Of a stretch of 12,907 nt of DNA, positions 1 through 5,188 are shown piece after piece. Each line of letters starts with the position of its first letter. The first letter of the stretch is position 1. Source of the stretch: Candidatus Sericytochromatia bacterium (lineage in GTDB: Bacteria; Cyanobacteriota; Sericytochromatia; S15B-MN24; UBA4093); NCBI GenBank assembly GCA_036676495.1, contig JAKFCT010000005.1, forward strand, positions 1-12,907. Reading direction: 5' to 3'. The notes under the pieces are model-generated. The model was given only the letters and a program-made list of their open reading frames with translations, did no database searches and was not told the DNA's origin. The translations under genes were made by a program, and so were the position numbers.

Positions 1-1
1 C

Positions 2-127
2 GGCGGCTACGGCTACCTCAAGGACTTCCCGGTCGAGCGCATGATGCGCGACTCGAAGCTCTGCGAGATCGGCGAGGGCACCTCGCAGATTCAGCGGATC
101 GTCATCGCCCGCAACCTCGGCCTCTAA
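2..127 (+). CDS. Acyl-CoA dehydrogenase, C-terminal fragment (gene starts before the window)
   Basis: Frame from base 2 reads [41 protein letters not shown], matching the ACAD C-terminal signature (GGxG...ER.xRD.K...I.EGT..IQ...IAR). TAA at 125-127. Confidence 0.93.
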   Translation, partial: GGYGYLKDFPVERMMRDSKLCEIGEGTSQIQRIVIARNLGL

Positions 128-140
128 TCGCCCCAGAGAA

Positions 141-169
141 GCCCCGCAGCCAAGGCTGCGGGGCGTCTT
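141..169 (+). terminator. Probable intrinsic terminator after the acyl-CoA dehydrogenase
   Basis: GCCCCGCAGC-CAAG-GCTGCGGGGC (141-164), a perfect 10-bp stem followed by GTCTT, 13 nt after the stop. Confidence 0.7.
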
Positions 170-253
170 GCTGGGGACTTTCCCCTTTCCCGACGCGATG
201 CGCTAAGTTTAGTCAACTCTTAACGGCAGATTTACCGAATTCCGGCGCGACCT

Positions 254-261
254 CCCGATAA
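254..261 (+). promoter_or_regulatory. Putative sigma28(FliA)-like -10 element for the LysM gene
   Basis: CCCGATAA, 7/8 to the GCCGATAA consensus, 48 nt upstream of the ATG. No canonical TAAA -35 seen. Confidence 0.4.
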
Positions 262-267
262 GACCTT

Positions 268-302
268 TGGATGGAAGGTAAACCAACGTAGACCGAGGGA
301 GG
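268..302 (+). repeat. Left arm of an inverted repeat flanking the LysM gene (pairs with 1327-1357)
   Basis: 268-281 TGGATGGAAGGTAA is the exact reverse complement of 1344-1357. 285-291 AACGTAG pairs with 1335-1341. 297-302 GGGAGG pairs with 1327-1332 (one G-U). Confidence 0.85.
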
Positions 303-309
303 AAACACC

Positions 310-1326
310 ATGAGCATCGAAGTCAAGAAGTTCAGCAACGCCCTGCTCGCCCAGCCTGTCCGCAAGGAAGCGGAAGCGACCAAGCCCCAGCAGACCGCGA
401 CCGCGGCTCCCGCGACCCAGGACAAGGCGCAGCTGACCGGCCGCTACACCGTTCAGGTGGGTGACACCCTCGGCCACATCGCTCAGAAGTTCTACGGCAA
501 GGCCTCGCGCTGGCCCGAAATCTACGAGGCCAACCGCGACAAGCTCCGCCACCCCGACATTCTCTTCCACGGCACGACCCTTCGGATTCCCATGGACCGC
601 ACGGTGAAGCCGGCTCCCAAGACCGAAGCCCCCATCGTGAAGTCCGAGCCCAAGGTTGAAGTCGAGCCCCAGACCGAAGCCAAGCCCAAGCGTGACTGGG
701 ACCTGGGCGGCGTCGCCCCCAAGACCCCCGTCGTGACCGTCCCCAAGGCCGAGCCCAAGACCGAGCCCAAGGTCGAGCCCGCGGTCGAGCCCCAGTACCC
801 CACCGTCGGTGAGTACGTCAAGGAGCGCTTCGACAACAGCGTCGACACTTTCACCACCGGCCTGCACGGTGCGGCCGAGATCGCGTTCCCTCCCCTGCTG
901 CTCGGCGAGATGGCGGCCATCCAGGCCAAGCACCGCAAGAATGCCCTCCAGCAGATCTGGAACCTCCCGATGGATCCCCAGGGCAACTGGAAGATCAAGG
1001 CCGCGGAGATCAGCGACAAGGCTTCGGCCGCCGCTTCCAAGGAGATCGGCCAGCTCCCCGGAGTTCGCGCCATCCGGGCCACGGGTGAAGCCATCGCCGA
1101 CGGGGCGATGTACGTGGGCCGCGGCGTGAAGGCCGCCGGTGAAGCCGTCGTCGACGGAGCCGTGGCCGCCGGTGAGGCGATCGCCGATGGCGCCATCTAC
1201 GTCGGAGACGCCATCGCCACCGGAGTCCGCGAGACCGGCAAGGCCATCGACCGCGGCGTCACCGAGACCCGCAAGGGCGTCGGCGGCTTCTTCCAGAACT
1301 TCGGCCGCTGGATCGCCGGAAACTAA
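310..1326 (+). CDS. LysM peptidoglycan-binding domain protein with Pro/Glu/Lys-rich linker and C-terminal amphipathic 11-mer repeats
   Basis: LysM motif YTVQVGDTLGHIAQKFYG...WPEIYEAN...PDILFHGTTLRIP (nt 445-591), SD GGGAGG at 297-302, strong GC3 bias, PKTEPKVEP linker, GEAIADGA-type repeats. Confidence 0.9.
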   Translation: MSIEVKKFSNALLAQPVRKEAEATKPQQTATAAPATQDKAQLTGRYTVQVGDTLGHIAQKFYGKASRWPEIYEANRDKLRHPDILFHGTTLRIPMDRTVKPAPKTEAPIVKSEPKVEVEPQTEAKPKRDWDLGGVAPKTPVVTVPKAEPKTEPKVEPAVEPQYPTVGEYVKERFDNSVDTFTTGLHGAAEIAFPPLLLGEMAAIQAKHRKNALQQIWNLPMDPQGNWKIKAAEISDKASAAASKEIGQLPGVRAIRATGEAIADGAMYVGRGVKAAGEAVVDGAVAAGEAIADGAIYVGDAIATGVRETGKAIDRGVTETRKGVGGFFQNFGRWIAGN

Positions 1327-1381
1327 CCTTCCCCCTACGTTCCTTACCTTCCATCCATCCTTCCATCCATCCAAACCATCC
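1327..1381 (+). repeat. Pyrimidine-rich CCAT/CCTT repeat tract; right arm of the inverted repeat flanking the LysM gene
   Basis: Only one G in 55 nt. CCTTCCATCCAT x2 (1347-1370) and five CCATCC copies. Complementary to 266-302. Confidence 0.85.
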
Positions 1382-1421
1382 GCATCGCGGGGGGAGCTTC
1401 GGCTCCCCTCGGGGTGTTTCT
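1382..1421 (+). terminator. Terminator hairpin after the LysM gene
   Basis: CGGGGGGAGC-TTCG-GCTCCCCTCG stem with a cUUCGg tetraloop. G-U pairs support the + strand. Followed by TGTTTCT. Confidence 0.75.
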
Positions 1422-1555
1422 CCGCTCGGCTTAACCTTTCCGGCCACCCGGAGATCGTCTCCCTGAGCGCGCTTCCCCCCGCTCAGAGCGCCCAAAAGGG
1501 CCGAGCAACTTTCACCCAAGCTTAATCGGGAGACAAGACACTTTGGGCGTCCCGG

Positions 1556-1563
1556 GCCGATAA
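1556..1563 (+). promoter_or_regulatory. Putative sigma28(FliA)-like -10 element
   Basis: Perfect GCCGATAA 33 nt upstream of the ATG at 1597. No canonical TAAA -35. Confidence 0.5.
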
Positions 1564-1596
1564 CACTGATGGAACAGCTTGAGTGGAGGAATCGTC

Positions 1597-2487
1597 ATGC
1601 AGATGCCCAGCGCCATCAACAACGTCGCCAGCAACCTGCGCCAGCGCGTCGCCGGGGTGATGGAGAACCTGCCGGGTTCCCTCGACGAACTCTCCACCAA
1701 GGCCAACGAGCTTCTCGACAAGACTCCGGACGCCGTTCGCCAGGGAGCGAAGGACCTCCTGGCCAACCAGCAGGTGGCCGAAGGCTTCAAGACCATGTTC
1801 GGCGCCGGCGATTCGATCGCCCTCTCCAGCGCCGCTACCGGCGGAGAAGTCGCCGCGGTCGCCACCCAGAGCGCCGAGACGGTCGCCACCGCGACCAAGG
1901 CGGCCAAGGGCGCCAAGGCCGCCAAGGGTGCGGCGGACGCCACCAAGGCCGCCAAGGGCGCGGTCGAAGCGACCAAGGTCGCGGCCGAGACCACCGCGGC
2001 GGCCGTGAAGACCGCCGAAACCGCCTCTTCCGTCGCCACCACGGCCGGCGAAGGTGCCAAGGGTTTCCTCAACTCGATCAAGGACAAGCTTTCGGGACTC
2101 GGCAGCAAGCTCAAGGGCGCGCGCTGGGATTCCTTCAAGGCCGGCCTCAAGCAGATCCTGCCGGGCCTGGGCAAGGCCGCCCGCTCGGGCGCCATCGTCT
2201 CGGCCATCTTCTCGGGCATCGGTAACATCTACATGATGCTCAACGGCGAGCGCTCGACCCGCCGCGCCATCGGCGGCATCGTCAGCGACACCGTCGGAGG
2301 AGCCGCGGGCGGTGTGGTCTCGGCCCTCGCGTCCGGCGGTGCCATCGCGGCCCTCGGCGCCCTGGGCGTGGTCGGCTGGCCCGTGACCCTGGCCGCCGCC
2401 GCGGCCGGCTTCCTCGGCTTCCTCGCCTTCGACAAGCTCTTCAAGGGCTCGGGCCTGAAGGACAAGCTCATCCACCTCTTCACCTAG
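1597..2487 (+). CDS. Hypothetical Ala/Gly-rich protein with KAAKG repeats and a C-terminal hydrophobic glycine-zipper hairpin
   Basis: GGAGGA SD at 1585-1590 favours ATG 1597 over the track's 1579 start. Typical GC3 bias. C-terminal VGGAAGGVVSALASGGAIAALGALGVVGWPVTLAAAAAGFLGFLAFDKLF. Confidence 0.85.
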   Translation: MQMPSAINNVASNLRQRVAGVMENLPGSLDELSTKANELLDKTPDAVRQGAKDLLANQQVAEGFKTMFGAGDSIALSSAATGGEVAAVATQSAETVATATKAAKGAKAAKGAADATKAAKGAVEATKVAAETTAAAVKTAETASSVATTAGEGAKGFLNSIKDKLSGLGSKLKGARWDSFKAGLKQILPGLGKAARSGAIVSAIFSGIGNIYMMLNGERSTRRAIGGIVSDTVGGAAGGVVSALASGGAIAALGALGVVGWPVTLAAAAAGFLGFLAFDKLFKGSGLKDKLIHLFT

Positions 2488-2516
2488 CGCCCGCGGCAGT
2501 TTCGTAGGCAAAAGCA

Positions 2517-2552
2517 CCGACACGCCCCGTCGCTCGATCGACGGGGCGTCGG
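2517..2552 (+). terminator. Hairpin, probable terminator after the 1597-2487 gene
   Basis: ACGCCCCGTCG (2522-2532) / CGACGGGGCGT (2539-2549), a perfect 11-bp stem extendable by CCG/CGG. Poor U-tract. Confidence 0.6.
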
Positions 2553-2649
2553 CGTGTGCGGGTTTAACCGGTTTTAACCTTTCGGTGTGAAACCCTCCGG
2601 CCATGGGTATACGGGAATCATTCGCCCCGCTTGCCACCCGAGGATCCCC

Positions 2650-3231
2650 ATGGCCAACGACGGTTCGCAGAAGAAGCCCGGCTTTCTCGACAACCTGCTC
2701 TCCAGCATGGGGTTGAAGAAGGAAGAGCCGCAGCCGCCTGCCCCCGTGCGATCCGCCGGGTCCCGGCCCCTCTCTCCGCAGGGCAAGTCCAAGTCCGCGC
2801 AGTTCGTCCGCTCTCAGGACACCCGGCCGCTTTCGGCCGGCAAACCCGCCGAGACCGTCCCGCTGACGCCCCAGGAGAAAGCCAAGCAGTCCGAAGAGCG
2901 CCGCTACCTCATCTCCGCCTTCGAGACCACTCCCACGCTCATCCCGGAGTTCCAGAACCCCCAGTACATGTACAAGCTCATCTCCAACGAGCGCGAGTAC
3001 TCCCAGGAGTATCTGAGCGAGCTGCTGCAGCGCCGCAAGGAGATCCTGATCGAGCATGGGGAGAGCATGCCTCCCGAGGCCGAGGAGGAGCTCGCAGAGA
3101 TCGACCTGAAGATCCAGGAGCTGCGCAACGACCTCACGCGCCTCTTCCTGCTGATCAAGCGGGTCGCCGGCATCCAGAAGAGCGGCACCGGCGGCACCGA
3201 CTTCCTGGATCCCCTCAAAGGGAAGCGCTGA
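2650..3231 (+). CDS. Hypothetical protein: disordered Pro/Ser-rich N-terminus and helical/coiled-coil C-terminus
   Basis: GAGGA SD upstream of ATG 2650. GC3-biased codons from 2650 on. Heptad-like EEELAEIDLKIQELRNDLTRL. Confidence 0.8.
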   Translation: MANDGSQKKPGFLDNLLSSMGLKKEEPQPPAPVRSAGSRPLSPQGKSKSAQFVRSQDTRPLSAGKPAETVPLTPQEKAKQSEERRYLISAFETTPTLIPEFQNPQYMYKLISNEREYSQEYLSELLQRRKEILIEHGESMPPEAEEELAEIDLKIQELRNDLTRLFLLIKRVAGIQKSGTGGTDFLDPLKGKR

Positions 3232-3257
3232 GCGCCTCAACCCCCTCAAACGCGCTC

Positions 3258-3280
3258 GGGCCCGGTCTCCGGGCCCTCTC
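3258..3280 (+). terminator. Possible terminator hairpin
   Basis: GGGCCCGG-TCT-CCGGGCCC, an 8-bp stem then TCTC, shortly after the stop at 3231. Confidence 0.5.
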
Positions 3281-3285
3281 GCCTA

Positions 3286-3315
3286 TTGACCCTCCGTTCC
3301 ATGTAACAGTATATT
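3286..3315 (+). promoter_or_regulatory. Sigma70-type promoter for the PRC-barrel gene
   Basis: TTGACC (3286-3291), 18-nt spacer, TATATT (3310-3315), in an AT-rich patch. Confidence 0.65.
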
Positions 3316-3437
3316 ACACGCAACGGGCGCGCGGTCACGGCCGTTCGGGGCCCGCGACCGGGAGAAGGGTGCCGCGCGAGCCCGATTCGGGCAGGGGTCG
3401 GGCCGGAATCGGACGAGAACTGACGAGGAGAAGGGCC

Positions 3438-4172
3438 GTGAGACAGCGAGGCATTCGCAACCTGATGGACCTGACGGTGGTCACCCGGCGCGGCGTCACC
3501 ATGGGAGACGTCTCGGACGTGCAGATCGATCCGGCCGAGCAGCGCGTGCTGAAGCTCACCGTCGACTGGGTCAGCGACCTCCGGCAGGTCTACGGCCCGG
3601 ACATGGACCTTCCGTTCTCGCAGATCGCCAACTTCGATCCGCATCAGCTGGTGGTCGCCGACGAGATCGCGGAGACGGCGGGCCTGGATCTCCTGAACTA
3701 CGGGGACGACGGCCTCTTCCTCACGGCCACCCAGCTGCTGGATCATCCCGTCCGCACCCAGGAGGGGCGCGACCTCGGCACGCTGGCCGACGTCTTCTTC
3801 GACGAGGACGACGGCGCCATCATCGGGTACGAGGTGGTCTCGGAGCGCTCCGAGGCCGAGCATACCCGCTCCTTGATCCTCTCACCGTCGACCGACCTCG
3901 AATGGCGCCAGGAGGCGGTCATCGTCCCGGATCGCGTGAAGACCGTGAGCGTCAGTGCCACTCCCGACCTGAGCCGGCGGGAAGCCCAGGACCAGCAGGA
4001 GGATCTGGACTACGTCTTCGAGGCGGACGAGCCCGACAAGCGGACGGACGACCCGGATCTCGGCTACAACGACGAGCTGAACAGCGACGGGCTGGTGCCG
4101 GACCCCAACGTCTATCCCTACGGGCACCGGGTGGGCTTCATCGAGGAGGACCCGGACTCCCTGCTGGGTTAG
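3438..4172 (+). CDS. Tandem PRC-barrel domain protein with acidic C-terminal tail
   Basis: Two PRC-barrel-like repeats (LMDLTVVTRRGVTMGDVSDVQIDP; LLDHPVRTQEGRDLGTLADVFFDEDDGAIIGYEV). GTG start at 3438 after GAGGAG. Alternative in-frame GTG at 3369. Confidence 0.85.
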   Translation: MRQRGIRNLMDLTVVTRRGVTMGDVSDVQIDPAEQRVLKLTVDWVSDLRQVYGPDMDLPFSQIANFDPHQLVVADEIAETAGLDLLNYGDDGLFLTATQLLDHPVRTQEGRDLGTLADVFFDEDDGAIIGYEVVSERSEAEHTRSLILSPSTDLEWRQEAVIVPDRVKTVSVSATPDLSRREAQDQQEDLDYVFEADEPDKRTDDPDLGYNDELNSDGLVPDPNVYPYGHRVGFIEEDPDSLLG

Positions 4173-4231
4173 CTGCGGATACTTCTCGGTTAGCCGCGAA
4201 TACTTCTGGGTTAGCCGCGGGCGCTACTTTC
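4164..4231. repeat. Three imperfect 21-bp tandem repeats overlapping the PRC gene stop codon
   Basis: GGTTAGCTGCGGATACTTCTC (4167-4187), GGTTAGCCGCGAATACTTCTG (4188-4208), GGTTAGCCGCGGGCGCTACTTTC (4209-4231). Confidence 0.9.
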
Positions 4232-4256
4232 GATCTCACCGAGCAGGCGTTATAAT
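4228..4256 (+). promoter_or_regulatory. Sigma70-type promoter for the DUF561 gene
   Basis: Perfect TATAAT at 4251-4256 with a weak -35 TTTCGA at 4228-4233 (17-nt spacer). Confidence 0.65.
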
Positions 4257-4289
4257 TGGGGCGTTTCCCTCGCTTGAACGGAGAAGTCC

Positions 4290-5042
4290 ATGACCACCCA
4301 TGCCCTCAACGCCGCCCTCCAGAACCGCACCTTCGTCAAGGTCATCGCCGGGATCGACAACTTCGATCCGGCCAAGGTCCTGCCGGTGGTCGACGCGGCG
4401 ACCGCCGCCGGCGCCCATGCCGTCGACATCGCCTGCGATCCCGAGCTGATCCGGCAGGTCAAGGCCCGGACCTCCGTGGCCGTCTTCGTGTCGTCGACCG
4501 AGCCCCAGAAGCTGATCGCCGCCGCCAAGGCCGGCGCCGACGTGCTCGAGCTCGGCAACTTCGACGCGATGTACCGCGAAGGCCTCACCCCCACCGCCGA
4601 TCAGATCCTCGGCTGGACCCGCGAGGTGAAGGCCGCCGTGGGCGATGCGCTTCCCCTCTGCGTGACCGTTTGCGGCCGTCTGCCCCTTGCCGAGCAGATC
4701 GACCTGGCCCAGATGCTCCAGGCCGCCGGCGCGGACATCATCCAGGCTGAGGGCACCGTGGGCACCGCCCCCGTGACCGACACCGCCTCGGCGATCGCCT
4801 CCATCACCGCCGCCCTGGCCAACGCCGCCGAGATCCGCCGCGCCATCGAGATGCCGATCTTCGTCGCGGGTGGCATCACCCCCGAGAACGCCGCCTTCGC
4901 GATCGCCGCGGGCGCCAACGGCGTCGGCGTCGGCAAGGCCGTCTCCTCCCAGACCAGCGACGCCGCGCGCGCAGCCGTGGTCCGGGGCGTGGTCACCGCC
5001 CTCGAGGCGGTCCGCACCGCCCACCCCGGCCTCAAGGCCTAA
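4290..5042 (+). CDS. ycf23: DUF561 / Ycf23-family TIM-barrel protein
   Basis: Motifs KVIAGIDNFD, VDIACDPEL, LELGNFDAMY..G, AGADIIQAEG and GANGVGVG resemble cyanobacterial/plastid Ycf23. GGAG SD upstream. Confidence 0.8.
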   Translation: MTTHALNAALQNRTFVKVIAGIDNFDPAKVLPVVDAATAAGAHAVDIACDPELIRQVKARTSVAVFVSSTEPQKLIAAAKAGADVLELGNFDAMYREGLTPTADQILGWTREVKAAVGDALPLCVTVCGRLPLAEQIDLAQMLQAAGADIIQAEGTVGTAPVTDTASAIASITAALANAAEIRRAIEMPIFVAGGITPENAAFAIAAGANGVGVGKAVSSQTSDAARAAVVRGVVTALEAVRTAHPGLKA

Positions 5043-5051
5043 CCCTCCGCT

Positions 5052-5090
5052 CGAAGCGGCGCCGGACGGGGTCCGGCGCCGCTTCGTCTT
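5052..5090 (+). terminator. 16-bp perfect hairpin after DUF561
   Basis: CGAAGCGGCGCCGGAC-GGG-GTCCGGCGCCGCTTCG followed by TCTT. Confidence 0.7.
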
Positions 5091-5121
5091 GGCCGGCCCC
5101 GCCTGGGACCGGCCCTTCTTT
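5091..5121 (+). terminator. Second hairpin with pyrimidine tail
   Basis: GGCCGG-C-CCC-GCCT-GGG-A-CCGGCC then CTTCTTT. Confidence 0.45.
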
Positions 5122-5122
5122 G

Positions 5123-5131
5123 TGATAAGAT
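5123..5131 (+). promoter_or_regulatory. Possible extended -10 promoter for lysS
   Basis: TG-A-TAAGAT within the AT-rich TGTGATAAGATAAAACT. Confidence 0.45.
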
Positions 5132-5188
5132 AAAACTTCGCTCGCCCCAAGGGACGAACCATTCCCCATGCCACCCAGGAGGCCCCCG

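Noticed and set aside
268-1357. Inverted repeat as transposon/IS ends
   Set aside because: No transposase or evident target-site duplication. The arms coincide with UTR positions and include a G-U pair, favouring RNA pairing.
232-3249. Long minus-strand ORFs (232-1374, 1522-3249 and others)
   Set aside because: Antisense shadows of GC3-biased plus-strand genes with no recognisable motifs.
2631-3437. N-terminal extension of the 513-aa ORF 2631-4172
   Set aside because: Overlaps the real 2650-3231 gene out of frame and crosses a terminator and promoter. The PRC protein starts at 3438 (or 3369).
4123-4149. HRVGFIEE near the PRC protein C-terminus as an IGF-like ClpP docking motif
   Set aside because: Too short to support without conservation data.
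4164-4231. Possible mini-CRISPR array
   Set aside because: Units are directly adjacent with no unique spacers, and there are no cas genes.
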